In this document: in pieces, positions 49,832 to 62,862 of the stretch
How the letters are laid out: every line of letters begins with the position of its first letter
Position numbering within the stretch: position 1 is the stretch's first letter
From: Scyliorhinus canicula
Taxonomy: Eukaryota
DNA length: 64,000 nucleotides
Direction: 5' to 3'
NCBI RefSeq assembly: GCF_902713615.1
Contig: NC_052153.1
Span: forward strand, 148,567,772 to 148,631,771
Made by a program: the position numbers and the translations under genes
The notes under the pieces: generated by a model
What the model saw: only the letters and a program-made list of their open reading frames with translations
What the model was told of the DNA's origin: nothing
The model's database searches: none

Positions 49832-51185
49832 TAGAACATAGAACATAGAACGATACAGCGCAGTACAGGCCCTTCGGCCCTCGATGTTGCACCGACATGG
49901 AAAAAAACTAAAGGCCATCTAACCTACACTATGCCCTTATCATCCATATGCTTATCCAATAAATTTTTTAATGCCCTCAATGTTGGCGTGTTCACTACTG
50001 TTGCAGGTAGGGCATTCCACGGCCTCATCACTCTTTGCGTAAAAAACCCACCTCAGACCTCTGTCCTATATCTATTACCCCTCAATTTAAGGCTATGTCC
50101 CCTCATGCTAGCCACCTCCATCCGCGGGAGAAGGCTCTCGCTGTCCACCCTATCTAACCCTCTGATCATTTTGTATGCCTCTATTAAGTCACCTCTTAAC
50201 CTTCTTCTCTCTAACGAAAACAACCTCAAGTCCATCAGCCTTTCCACATAAGATTTTCCCTCCATACCAGGCAACATCCTGGTAAATCTCCTCTGCACCC
50301 GTTCCAAAGCTTCCAAGTCCTTCCTATAATGAGGCGACCAGAACTGTACGCAATACTCCAAACGCGGCCGTACTAGAGTTTTGTACAACTGCAACATGAC
50401 CTCATGGCTCCGGAACTCAATCCCTCTACCAATAAAGGCCAACACACCATAGGCCTTCTTCACAACCCTATCAACCTGGGTGGCAACTTTCAGGGATCTA
50501 TGTACATGGACACCGAGAACCCTTTGCTCATCCACACTACCAAGAATTTTACCATTAGCCAAATATTCCGCATTTCTGTTATTCTTTCCAAAGTGAATCA
50601 CCTCACACTTCTCCACATTAAACTCCATTTGCCACCTCTCAGCCCAGCTCTGCAGCTTATCTATGTCCCTCTGTAACCTGCAACATCCTTCCGCACTGTC
50701 TACAACTCCACCGACTTTAGTGTTGTCTGCAAATTTACTCACCCATCCTTCTGCGCCCTCCTCTAGGTCATTTATAAAAATGACAAACAGCAACGGCCCC
50801 AGAACAGATCCTTGTGGTACGCCACTCGTAACTGAACTCCATTCTGAACATTTCCCATCAACTACCACTCTCTGTCTTCTTGCAACTAGCCAATTTCTGA
50901 TCCACATCTCTAAATCACCCTCAATCCCCAGCCTCCGTATTTTCTGCAATAGCCGACCGTGGGGAACCTTATCAAACGCTTTACTGAAATCCATATACAC
51001 CACATCAACTGCTCTACCCTCGTCTACCTGTTCAGTCACCTTCACAAAGAACTCGATAAGGTTTGTGAGGCATGACCTACCCTTCACAAAACCATGCTGA
51101 CTGTCCCTAATCATATTATTCCTATCTAGATGATTATAAATCGTATCTTTTATAATCCTCTCCAAGACTTTACCCACCACAGACG
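49832..51185 (-). mobile_element. 5'-truncated CR1 copy of the same subfamily, inverted
   Basis: Near-identical to about 48319-49668; own (TTCTATG)n tail at 49832-49850. Confidence 0.95.
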
Positions 51186-51533
51186 CTGGAGAAAATTTGC
51201 GTTGAATTCCTGCGTGGGAGGGTTTTTTCCACATCGACCTTCTTGATGGGAGTCGTACCTTGGGTTGGGGTGAGTAGATCAGCATGGAGTGGCAGGTGGG
51301 GTCATTGCTACGTTTTGCAATCATTTTGTGGGTTATTGCAACTCGGCAGCAATGTGGAGTAATGATGTTTGTCAGGACAGGAAGCCAAGGGAATGGTGTT
51401 GAGCGTAATAATACGCATAGTTACACAGTTAGGTTGAGTGTGGTGTGGGTGTGCGCAAACAAGGGAATATGCAATGGAATAAAATACCCCAGGGCAATTC
51501 ACCGTGAATATTATTAAGAAAAATATTACACTG

Positions 51534-51585
51534 AGTCACATGAGATGTTAATTGGGTCAGTCACATGAGATGTTAATTGGGTCAG
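51534..51585. repeat. Perfect 25-bp tandem duplication
   Basis: agtcacatgagatgttaattgggtc twice. Confidence 0.9.
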
Positions 51586-52735
51586 ATAATCAACTGTTTG
51601 GCCAAAAAAGGGAGGTTTTAAGGAGTGTCTTACAGGACAACACCTAGGTGAAGAGGCAAGCAAGTGTGGGAGGCAATTCTGGAAGATAGGTACCAGACAA
51701 CTGAAAAGCAGTCACCAATGGTGCGGCAATTAAAATTTGGGATGCTCAAGAAGCCAGAATTAATAAGCACAGGTATGAGATTTCTGGGGCTGGAGAAAAT
51801 TACAGACATAGCCAGGGGGGTCAATCTGCAGGGAAAATTTTATACTCATTTTTAATTTCTGTTGAAGCACCTGTTCTACATCAATTAGCAATTTGGCAAT
51901 GCACATGATAAATGTAAAAAAAATCAAAACCAGGCATGTGTGGGCTGTTCCTGGCCAGTGTATACAGAGTTGGGATTACCAACATTAAAAACATCCAGAC
52001 CACGCATCGTTTTCCCAGCTAGCGCATGCGCGGGAGGCCAGAGGTTTCGGGACTTGGAGATGCCAACCACAGAGATGACGGCAGAGGTAAGATTTAAATT
52101 AATTTTTAATCATTTCAAATCTTATTTTGTGGCTAACCAGTGTGCACAATTAGTTCATGAGGAAGCTTCACAAGCAGACATCCTTGGGATCAAAGAATGG
52201 GAAACACAGGAAGTCAATACCAAGTTCCTTGTGACAAACCCTATCTGTCAAATGGCAGGTTTTGAACGGTCATGCTAATAGCAGTTCAGATCAGGCAAGG
52301 CCCCTGTGCAGCCAACCTCCACTGAAAGTATTAGTACAAACTCTTTATGCACTTGTGGAAAGACAAATAATACCATGCATTACTGAGGACTGTCCCGTCT
52401 ACAGACTAAGTTGCAGACTAATTGCAAGCTCAGCAAATGAGATTATAGCTTGGATTTGGGGATTTGCATTAATTAGTAAATATTAATTCCTCAACCTCCT
52501 CTGTGCCAAGGAAAACAACCTTATCCTACCCAATCTTTCCTCAGAGCCATAATTACCATTTCTGAACATCCACATACGCCTCCTCTGCATCCTTTCCTAT
52601 TCAATCATGTCTTTCCTGCAATGCAGTGACTAGAACTGTATGTAGGATTCATGTTGTGATCCAACCAGTGTCACAAAGTTCCAACATGAACTATCCAATT
52701 TATAATTTACAATTTAGAATTTATAATCCAATTTC

Positions 52736-53037
52736 GGGCAGCACGGTAGCACACATGCATAGCACTGTGGCTTCACAGCGCCAGGGTCCCAGGTTGCGGA
52801 GTCTGTATGTTCTCCTCGTGTCCGCTTGGGTTTCCTCCGGGTGCTCCGGTTTCCTCCCACAGTGCAAAGACGTGCAGGTTAGTTGGACTGGTCATGCAAA
52901 ATTGCCCTTAGTGTCCAAAAAGGTTAGGAGGGGTTATTGGGTTACGGGGATAGGGTGGAAGGGAGGGCTTAATGTGGATCGGTTCAGACTCGATGGGCCG
53001 AATGGCCTCCTTCTGCACTGTATGTTCTATGTTCTAT
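52736..53037 (+). mobile_element. HE1-like SINE with CR1 tail
   Basis: Ends gatgggccgaatggcctccttctgcactgtatgttctatgttctat, resembling the CR1 3' end at 49620-49668. Confidence 0.85.
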
Positions 53038-54433
53038 AATCTATCCATTGGCTAAAGGAAAACATGCCAAATGCCTTCTTAACCACCTTGCCTGGATAAG
53101 TGCTGCTCCAACAACACTCAAGAAGCTCACATCATCCAGGGCAGCAGTCCACTTGATTGCTGCCCGTTCCGCAAACATTCAATCCCTCCACGACTGACAA
53201 ACCGTGACAGCCGTGTGTCTCATCTTGAAGATGCATTGCAGGAACGTGCCACGGTTCCATTGGCAGCACCTTCCAAACCCTCGACCACTATCATCCACAA
53301 GGACAAGAGCAGCAGATACGTTGGAACTCCACCACTTGGAGGTTCCCCTCCAAGTCACTCACCATCCCGATTTATAAATATATCGCTGTTCCTTCATTGG
53401 CGCTGGGTGAAGATCCTGGAACTCCCTCCCTAACAGCACAGTGGGTGCACCCATACCTGAGGGGCTGCAGTGGTTGAAGAAGGCAACTCATCACCTTCTG
53501 AAAGGTAACTAGAAATGGGTAATAAATGCTGGCCTAACCATTGTCCCCCATATCCCATAAGTTAATAAAAAGAAAATACTTGCCCTGCTACCTTTAAGGA
53601 TCTGAGACATTTACTCCAAGATCCCTCTGTTCCTGCACATATCAGTCTTGTTAAAATTCTCAAAATGCATTATCTCACATTTCTCTGGAATTAATTCCAT
53701 TTTCTACTTTTCTGCCCAATTGACCAGACGATCTATATCTTTGTGCAGTCTAAAGATATGAGAACCGCAGAACCAATTTGAGTACCATCTGCATACTGCT
53801 TTGCCATGCCCCCTACATTTAAGTCCAAAATCATTAATATAAAGTCCTTATTGTTGGACGAGAGGGTGGAGAAGACAGCAAAAGACGGCTTAGAGTGGAG
53901 AAGTTGTTGAGAGTTATCTTTGCATTGAAAAAAAAATGAAAATCGCTTATTGTCACGAGTAGGCTTCAATTAAGTTACTGTGAAAAACCCCTTTGCAGGA
54001 TGAATCTGGAGTAGTGAGCAATTTTAGCATGGATAGCTAAACTAATTATCTACCATTTCCTTTCAACTCTGCATCCTTTGGATTTTGAAAGCAAATGAGG
54101 GCTAAATCGAGAGAGCAGGATGAGCGAGAGAACAAAATATGCGAAAACACATTTCTTCAAAAGATTTTAACTTGCCACTTTAAAACTGGGAATACAGAAG
54201 TTAATTTATTTAAAATCGAACATTCATATTCCCTGAATTCAATTATTTTCACATTAACGACTCCACACTCTCGTTTGTTACAGAAGCTCCATAATAAGCA
54301 CATTTTTCAAATTAAGTTAGCTAGAAATATCACTCAAAATCCAATGAGCAGGTAAAAAAGGTATCTCTACATTATAGTTTGATGCAGGCATTTATGCTCT
54401 GATTATTTCTATAACGGTGCATTGTAGTCATAC

Positions 54434-54589
54434 CTTTAGTTGCATCCTGGTAAAGTGTAATAAAAAAATTAAAGATGTCTTTGGGAATTGTATGTTCATC
54501 AGGCAAACACAATAAGAGAATGACAACTTCTTCCTGGCCCACACCATGTAATCCATTGGATGTAAAGCACCAGCATTTATTTGCAGCAT
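54434..54589 (-). CDS. ZFYVE16: ZFYVE16 coding exon
   Basis: (Y)[51 protein letters not shown](G); ctag| acceptor, |gtatga donor; 156 nt, phase 1 to 1. Confidence 0.93.
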
Positions 54590-55201
54590 CTAGGAATCGG
54601 AGATAAGAAAGAAAATGCTATATGTGTGAGAAAATGGAGTTCATGAATCAAGTTGGAATACCTTTCTGATAAATTAAATATATTGTAAATTTAGAGACAT
54701 AGAAAAATAATTCATATTGAAGATAGATGTCAGAAAGAAGCACTGGGTGAAAACTGAGACAAGGTAAGCTAATGTCGGTGTAGCAGGAAATGGCCTAAGG
54801 TATTGCTGCATGTCACATTGTGAATCAATGATCCGACATTAAAATAGATTTTCAATTATTAAAAGTGTGTTGATGACAGCAAGATGGAGGGGCTGCAAAG
54901 AATCAAACGCAAAATAATTAGGTGCCAAGGAATCTAAATTTGTTTCTTTTAAAAGATGTTGGGGTATGGGCTATGCTGGCATTATAGTATTTTTGCCTCA
55001 AGTGACCCAAGAAGGGCTAAATTTAATTGCTTTCACCTTTCCAATGTTTAACTGGAGGAAATTACAGCTGATCAAAGAACGCATGTCAGATTCGATCATG
55101 TGGGACCCCAGAGGTAACAGTGCAGAGAGAGAGAAGGCACTGCTGCAGACTTTCTAGTTACAATCAGTGAGGTAGGAAAGAGTGGAGGCAAGCAACAGTA
55201 A

Positions 55202-56020
55202 CCCCCCTCCCTCCTCTTCTCTCTCTCCCCCCTCTTCTCTCTCCCCCCCCTCCCTCCTCTCTCTCTTCCCCCTCCCTCCTCTTCTCTCTCTCTCCCCTCC
55301 CTCCTCTTCTCTCTCTTCCCCCTCCCTCTTCTCTCTCTTCCCCTCCCTCCTCTCTCTCTTCCACCTCCCTCCTCTTCTCTCTCTCCCCTCCCTCCTCTTC
55401 TCTCTCTCTCCCCTCCCTCCTCTTCTCTCTCTCCCCCCTCCCTCCTCTTCTCTCTCTCCCCCCTCCCTCCTCTTCTCTCTCCCCCCCCCTCCCTCCTCTT
55501 CTCTCTCTCCCCCCTCCCTCCTCTTCTCTCCCCCTCCCTCCTCTTCTCTCCCCCTCCCTCCTCTTCTCTCCCCCTCCCTCCTCTTCTCTCCCCCTCCCTC
55601 CTCTTCTCTCTCTCCCCCCTCACTCCTCTTCTCTCTCTCCCCCCTCCCTCCTCTCTCTCTCTCTCCCCCCTCCCTCCTCTTCTCTCTCTCCCCCCTTCCT
55701 CCTCTTCTCTCTCCCCCCTCCCTCCTCTTCTCTCTCTTCCCCCCTCCCTCCTCTTCTCTCTCTCCCCCCTCCCTCCTCTTCTCTCTCTCCCCCCTCCCTC
55801 CTCTTCTCTCTCCCCCCTCCCTCCTCTTCTCTCTCTCCCCCCTCCCTCCTCTTCTCTCTCCCCCCTCCCTCCTCTTCTCTCTCTACCCCTCCCTCCTCTT
55901 CTCTCTCTCCCCCCTCCCTCCTCTTCTCTCTCTCCCCCCCTCCTCTCTCTCTTCCCCCCCCCTCCTCTTCCTCTCTCTCTCCCCCCCCCCTCCTCCTCCT
56001 CTCTCTCTTCCCCCCCCCCC
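55202..56020. repeat. About 820-bp homopyrimidine/homopurine minisatellite
   Basis: Almost only C/T on the + strand; roughly 20-27-bp unit ctccctcctcttctctctctcccc with length variants. Confidence 0.95.
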
Positions 56021-56953
56021 ATCCATTGCCTACTTCAGATCCCTCCGTCAGCAGAATAACCCCCCCCCCCCTCCCACCCCTAGCAACATCCCCAGGTAAC
56101 CCCACCCCTGCCATCCATTGGCTGTATTCTTCCCCCCCCCCCACCTGACTCCCTTGACTAGCCAATCTGCTAGCCCGGTGACTCGTCACTCTGGCGCCCA
56201 CCTGTCTCATTCCCATTGTTTCCCCGTCCTCATCCCCACCCCCCAGCGCACCCTCCCCCTCTCCAACCTGCTGGAGCAAACTCACTGGCACTGGAAGGCA
56301 TAAACACCAATAAAACAAAAGCCCCTAGCCCAATCTTTAACCCCCCTCGCTGACCGGCCACCCCTTAGTTGCAATACTGGCTCCAGTGCCCTCAGCGAGC
56401 CCCACAAAAAGTACCCATCACAACAGAAAGACCCAGAAAAGAAACCATAAAGTGAAAGCGACAAAAAACTAAAAAAAAGACAGTACGAGGGGGCGGGGGA
56501 GGGAGAACACCCCCCCAGGCAACAATGGTCCACACAAAAAAAACAACAACCAAAAACAAAAGGAAGAGTCCCAAATGTCCCACATGGCACCTTTAAAACA
56601 GTAAACAGTTGACCAGCAGTTTAGGCATATTCGGCGTCCCTTCAAACGGTAGTTCTCGGGCCCTAGTTTGCGTCCGTGGGACCTCTTTTCAGGACCAGCC
56701 CCTAATCCCTCGCAAAGTCCATCGCTTCTTCGGGCTCGGAGAAGTAGTGGTGTTGACCCTGATGTGTAACCCAAAGACGGGCCGGGAACAGCAGACCAAA
56801 CTTCACATGCTTCTTGAACAATACCTCCTTGACTTGTTTAAAGGCTGGTACATGCGAAGAACACTGTTATTCCACGTGCTGCTCCTGGCACTCTTCGGCC
56901 ACCGCAGCACCCGGTCCTTGTCCACGAACCTGTGGAACCTAATCACCATCGGA

Positions 56954-56989
<36 letters not shown>

Positions 56990-57463
56990 CCCCCCAGACG
57001 CACCTGCCTCGCCTGCACTCTGTATGCCCCCTCCAGCTCCGGCGGTCGCGGAAAGGCTTCAGCCCCCATCAGCTGCATCAACAGGTCCGCCACAAACGCT
57101 GTGGCATCAGCTCCCTCAGCCCCCTCCGGGAGGCCGATGATCCTCAGATATTTCCTGCGGGCTCTATTTTCCAACTCCTCCACTCTGTCCAGCAGTCTTC
57201 TTTGCCTCTCCTTCAGCCCGTCAACTTATAACGCCGCAATCGTCTGCGCATCCGCCTGCTCCTCCACCGCCTCTCCCAGCTCCTTAACTTTTACATCCTG
57301 GGCATCCAGCCTCTGATTTAGCTGATCCACTGCCCTCTGAAGTGGGTCCAAGTTATCCCGCTTCAGCGACTCAAAACTACTTTTTATAACCTGTAGCATG
57401 TTTTCCAGCGCTTGCTGGATTGCTGAATGTGCGGCTCACTCGGTCATTGCCGCTACCGGAAGT
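56021..57463 (-). mobile_element. L1-clade 5' fragment (5' UTR, ORF1, inter-ORF region), same family as 16220-20554
   Basis: 5' cttccggtagcggcaatg; LENRARRKYLRIIGLPEGAEG, RFHRFVDK, WNNSVLR. Confidence 0.88.
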
Positions 57464-57899
57464 CCCCCCCAGATAAAATTGTTTAACTGATAGCTGGTTG
57501 TGCTGCACATAACCGTACATTTGTACCCTTAGGCCCAATGGCAAACAAGTGATGCGAGACAGCAAAACCGTTGCAGGGCCGAGAGCATCACAGAGGGATG
57601 TGTGTGTGAAATAACAGATTGATGATACATTATGGTAAATGGAGAGATAAAGGTTACACAGGTGGTAATTTGACTGTGCAGTTATTAGCTGGGCACAGAG
57701 GAAGTGGAACTGGAGGGTTTAAGGGGTTTGGTCAGATTTACGGGAAGTGGCCAGAAATGATCTTGTCAGTAATCATCTGTTGCCACAGGAGATGGCAAGA
57801 TGAGAGTGTCTATGATACTATGGTTAAGAAAGATCATATGGAAGAGTAAATTTAGAGAGTATTGAGAGACAGTCAATTCAGGTGAACGATTTATTCAGC

Positions 57900-58520
57900 T
57901 GGAGGATTAACACCAACCCAGATTTATTAGGTCTAATGTCCCATTTCCTATGGGGAAGGTGGTGAACTTTGTGATATTGGCTAGCCACTACCAAAGCACT
58001 TTGGTAAAGGCAGGTAATTCTGCCTAGAATTTAGAGAGTAAGCGACTGGGTGCTGCTACCAGAGAGCAAAGTTTCAGTCAAAACTTTGGTTGTCAATGCA
58101 CAGCCACGATAAAGTAATGCATGACCTGCCCGTATGTAAATAGACATTCTGCAGGGAAGTTGAGGAAATGGTGGGTATGGTGATTCAATGTCAAAGCTCA
58201 GGATGGTTGTGGTGGACACTGTGATCATAACATGAAAGGGAGTAGGAAGTATAATACCAGCTCGTAAAGTGAACAATATCTCACTGTTCATGAGGAGAGT
58301 TGCAGGAGCCTCAATAGACCCTTCAGAGAATGCCAAGGGAAGCAGAGGGTACATTCAGACTTTTTCAAGAGGGATTCTGTGCTAATAGCCAGGGAGTAGG
58401 AATGCCAGTGATGGACACATCTGTGAGTTTACTAACTGGACAAGTTGTGCTATTATGCACACTGGAGTTCATTAAACATTTGGACCAAAATGGATTCCTA
58501 CAGCACTGGCCATATTACTG
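57900..58520 (-). mobile_element. Possible Penelope-like RT relic
   Basis: TTILSFDIESPY resembles the PLE RT motif SxDxESLYT; little other support. Confidence 0.35.
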
Positions 58521-59327
58521 TATTCCTTAAAAGAACTAATCACCTAATGAAGGATGTGGTTTAATGGCGTAGGTATACAATTCTTTATTGATGTCTGTGA
58601 TTACGGAGATCAGTTGAGAACAAATGTATGAAACTACAGAATCAACTAATGGATTCTAGCCAGCTGATTTACACTGTTGATTAACTACAGCAGGATTGTT
58701 CCGAGAGACACTATTCGGAATGAAGTAAACTAATCTCATTAGCTCAACTGCAGAATCTTTTGTTTTCAAATTGGGAATTTGTCTCATTTAGACTGGAACA
58801 TTGCATGTTAACTTCAAATTTAGCTTACAATATTAATGAGACGTGGCTTTGCCAAACATATTCCACTTGTTCGGAAATGTCTTAGCTCACTAATGTCATG
58901 TCAGGTGTGCCAGTGGTCATATACACCTGGGATTGAGAGAGTTAAAAAAAACTTTTGAAAACTTTGATTACACCTGCCAAGAAGCATGCAAGTTATATTT
59001 GGTCCAGCCTTGCAAAACTACTGGTGTCCCCCAGGTAGATATAAACAGATCATATAGTGCCTTTCAAATAATGTTTTACAGAGTGTCTTTTGGTAATAAG
59101 GGTATCAAGCTTAAGTTTTAAAAAGGGTTGTAACATTTATTCAAACTATCTCACATGGAGTTGTCATAGACTGAGGCAAGGAATGGGCAAAACACGTGCG
59201 AAGAGAGAAATTAAAGATTGTATGAGCAACAGAAGACCTGAGGGAGAGGGGAAAAAGTTGGAAGCAATAGCTCCTGATTCAAATGACTACTTAGCATACA
59301 TCTTTATGAAATGGAGAGTGTACTTAC

Positions 59328-59447
59328 AGTTCACAAGTTTCACATTTACAAGGAGATTGGCATTTAACACAAAGGTCAATGGACTCGGCCCATCATCCTT
59401 CAGCAACAACATGGCCTGATCCTGAGATGGGTGTTCCTCCAATGTTA
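59328..59447 (-). CDS. ZFYVE16: ZFYVE16 coding exon
   Basis: (V)TLEEHPSQDQAMLLLKDDGPSPLTFVLNANLLVNVKLVN(Y), similar to endofin VEEHPS...VTFVLNANLLVNVK; |gtaagt donor; acceptor position slightly uncertain (see findings). Confidence 0.88.
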
Positions 59448-59614
59448 CTGGACCACCGCATTAAGGAGAAAGTTAATGAAACAAAATATAAGTGAATGAA
59501 GAGGACACTTTGTTCATTCGATCATATCATTCTAGAAAATTAACTCTAATGTCTCCCCACTTACAGCTTTAACATTTAAGGAGTAGGGGAGGTGTCAGAG
59601 GTAGGTTCTTTACA

Positions 59615-59941
59615 CAGAGAACATAGAACATACAGTGCAGAAAGAGGCCATTTGGCACATCGAGTTAGCACCATGCCACTTAAGTCCTCACTTCCACTCT
59701 ATCCCCATAACCCAATACCCCTCCTAACCTTTTTGGTCACTAAGGGTAAATTATCATGGCCAATCCACCTAACCTGCACGTCTTTGGACTGTGGAGGGAA
59801 ACTGGAGCACCCGGAGGAAACCCACGCAGACACGGAGAGAACGTGCAGACTCCACACAGACAGTGACCCAACAGGGAATCGAACCTGGGATCCTGGCGCT
59901 GTGAAGCCACCGTTCTCATCACTTGTGCTACCGTGCTGCCC
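59615..59941 (-). mobile_element. HE1-like SINE inserted in a CR1 3' fragment (about 59560-60138)
   Basis: SINE head, core and tail; the CR1 ...tttacacagag|agtgtggatgcgtggaatgc sequence resumes after it. Confidence 0.8.
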
Positions 59942-60479
59942 ACGAGAGTGTGGATGCGTGGAATGCATTGCCAGCAGAGGTGGTGGAGTCAGAGTCAATA
60001 GGGACATTCAAGCAACTCTTGGACAGGCACATGAACAGCAGTAAATTGAAGGGATGCAGGTTTGGTTGATCTTAGATTAGGATAAATGGTTAGCACAACA
60101 TCATGGGCCTGTGCTGTGCTGTACTGTTCTATGTTCTATTTACAAAAAAAAATATTTTAACATATCAATCAAAGAATAAAACCAACAATGAAGCAATAGT
60201 CAAAAATACACAGGTATTTCAGTCTAGATTGTGCTTCAAGTTCCAAGTTGACCTAAAAATCTTCCAACCCAGGCATGTGTGAGCTATCAACTGAGCCAAG
60301 CAGACATACAAGTATAGCTTTACCACATACAACCAGGATCCACCAGTTTAGCTCAACATCTACAATATTACTTCATTAACAAGTCAAATTACAACTACAA
60401 TTGAGATTTAAAAAGTTACAACTCGCAGTCTGACAGTTTGAAATGCTTCAGCACCAGCTCATAATTTGTGTAGCAACCT

Positions 60480-61920
60480 TGGACATGGCATCTTGTCAAA
60501 TGCCTTCTGAAAATCCAAGTATCGTACATTCACACGTTCCCTTTGTCCATGTTGCTTGTTACCTCTTCAAAAGAAGTCCAATAAATTAGTCAAACATGAT
60601 TTTCCTTTCACAAAACCATGTTGACTCTGCCTGATTGCATTGAGATTTTCTAAGTAACCAGCCATAACCTCCTTAATAACAAATTACAGCATTTCCCTGA
60701 TGACAGATGTTACACTAACTGGCGTGTAGTTTCCTTCCTTCTGTCTCCCTTCTTTCTTGAATAGAGAAATTATATTTAATTTCTTCCTTTTATTTATTAG
60801 GGTAGCACAGTAGCCTCACAGCACCAGGGTCCCGGGTTAGATTCCCAGCTTGGGTCTCTGTCTGTCCGGCACATTCTCCCAGTGTCTGCATGGGGTTCCT
60901 CCGGGTGCTCCGTTTTCCTCCCAGAGTCCAAAGGTGTGCAGGTTAGGTGGATTGGTCATGCTAAATTGCCCTTAAGAGGTCAAAAAGGTTGGGTGGGGTG
61001 ACAGGGATTGGGTGGAGGTGTGGACTTGGTGCTCTTTCCAACGGCCGTGCAGACTCGATGGGCCGAATGGCCTCCTTCTGCACTGTAAATTCTATGATTT
61101 TAAAATTTAGAGAACCCAATTTTTTTTCAATAAAGGGGCAACTTAGCGTGGCCAATCCACCTGTCCTGCACATCTATGGGTTTTGTGGGGGTGAGACCCA
61201 CGCAGACACGGGGAGAATGTGCAAACTCCACATGGACAGTGACCCGAGGCCGGGATTGAACCCGGGCCCTCGGTGCCATGAGACAGCAGTGCTAACCACT
61301 GCGCCACCCTGCCGCCTATATTTATTTTATTTTTTCCCCCAATGTGATGGAATCTTTCCAGAATGTAGGGACTTTTGAAAAATCAAAACTAATGCATCTA
61401 ATATCTCAGCAGTCACTTCTTTTAAGATACTAGGATGAAGCCAGTTGAGGCCTTGTCAGCTTTTCGTTCCAATAATTTTCTTAGTACCCTTTCCATTAGG
61501 TCTTTAATTGTTTTAAGTTCTGCCTCACTGTTCCTGCTTGACAATTATTTATTGGATGTTAGTTGCATCCATTATAGTGACGACAGATTCAAAATATCTG
61601 TTCAATTTATCTGCCATTTCCTTATTTCCCATTATTAATTTCCCTGACCCACTCCCTGGAAAGCCAGTGCTAGTTACTCTTTGAATACCTGCAGAAACTC
61701 TTCGAATCTGTTTTTATACTTCCAGCAAGCTTTCTCCCAGACTTTAAATTTCTTCCTCATTGTTATTTTAATCATTATTTGCTTTTTTAACATCCTGTCC
61801 AATCTTCTGATCTGCCACTAATCTTGGTGGAATCAGATGCTTTTTCTTTCAATTTAATGCTATCTTCAATTTCCCAAGTTAGCCACGGGTTGTGTGTCCT
61901 TCTGGTCTTTCTTTCTCATT
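60480..61920 (-). mobile_element. Old CR1 relic interrupted by a tail-to-tail SINE pair (about 60798-61095 +, 61100-61315 -)
   Basis: SQHGFVKG-like and DFQKAFDK-like remnants on minus; two opposed SINEs. Confidence 0.7.
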
Positions 61921-62403
61921 AATATTTCCAGGAAAGTCTTTATTATTCAGATTTCAGTAGTATCCAAAGGTTGAAGCCCAGATCACATCCAAATTGTCTG
62001 TTACATTATTTATTCAGATAATTCCTCAAATCAGGCAGACTCATTTAAACTTGATATTTGCAACAAATTTAAGGCTCAAATCATTTTTCATTCTAAAGTT
62101 ATTCATGGCAAAGAAAGATTTGATCAAAGACCAATCAATAAGTTTAACTGGCCAACTATTTCATCAGTTTGTCTGACCTTGCTGTACATATGACAAAAAC
62201 TATCACCTACAAATCGATGATTGATCCTTCAAAGCAATTCATTTTAGATAAAATACATTTGCACCTTTAAGAACCATAGGCAAGTTTTCTTTTCAGTTCT
62301 ACTTATTTTATAGAAGTGACAGCATTTCAAATACAACTTTCTTTTACATTTAAAAATGTACAAAAAACTTTATTAAAAATGTTGGCATATCAATATCAAA
62401 TAC

Positions 62404-62638
62404 CTTCTTGTTCTCCAATTGCTAGAATAATGGGAGGTAGACCATGCTCATCATCTGGAATAAGGCTGATGATTTTTGCGACAGACTTGCCAACATTAGC
62501 CAGTGCTGTATAGTCTGCTCGACAAGTAATGTCAGACTTGACATCTTGAAGACTTGTTAAAACTGTCTTTGTTATAGCTGAATCAGTCCTTAAAGCATCA
62601 ACAGAATGGATTTTATCCCCTGCGTTAAAAGACGAAGG
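62404..62638 (-). CDS. ZFYVE16: ZFYVE16 coding exon
   Basis: PSSFNAG...DYTALANVGKSVAKIISLIPDDEHGLPPIILAIGEQE(G), similar to endofin [22 protein letters not shown]; ctctttctcccaatttgcag| acceptor, |gtattt donor; 235 nt, phase 0 to 1. Confidence 0.85.
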
Positions 62639-62862
62639 CTGCAAATTGGGAGAAAGAGCACCTCTAAAGCTTAAAGTAATTGAAGATTTTGGTAAACATT
62701 TTAAAATTCTTCTAAAAATTCTTCTGTATAAATACTTGTTTGTTTATCTCAACAAAATGGTACAAAAGACATACAACAGGCCACTTTTTTCAGTTAAGAA
62801 GTTTCTACCATAACATCTGGATTTGCTGTTTTAAAAGGAATTAATTTGGCAATTATCAATAC

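Noticed and set aside
55096-56318. Long ORFs of 232-308 aa (E/R/G-rich or S/L/P-rich)
   Set aside because: Artefacts of a C/T-only repeat that cannot contain stop codons.
58031-58354. 107-aa minus ORF as an extra ZFYVE16 exon
   Set aside because: The flanking exons already join in frame and match endofin continuously; SFDIES suggests a retroelement relic.
62639-62665. Alternative upstream acceptors (tttag, tagag) for the 62404 exon
   Set aside because: Wrong phase for the phase-0 donor at 62863; the ttgcag acceptor has the better pyrimidine tract.
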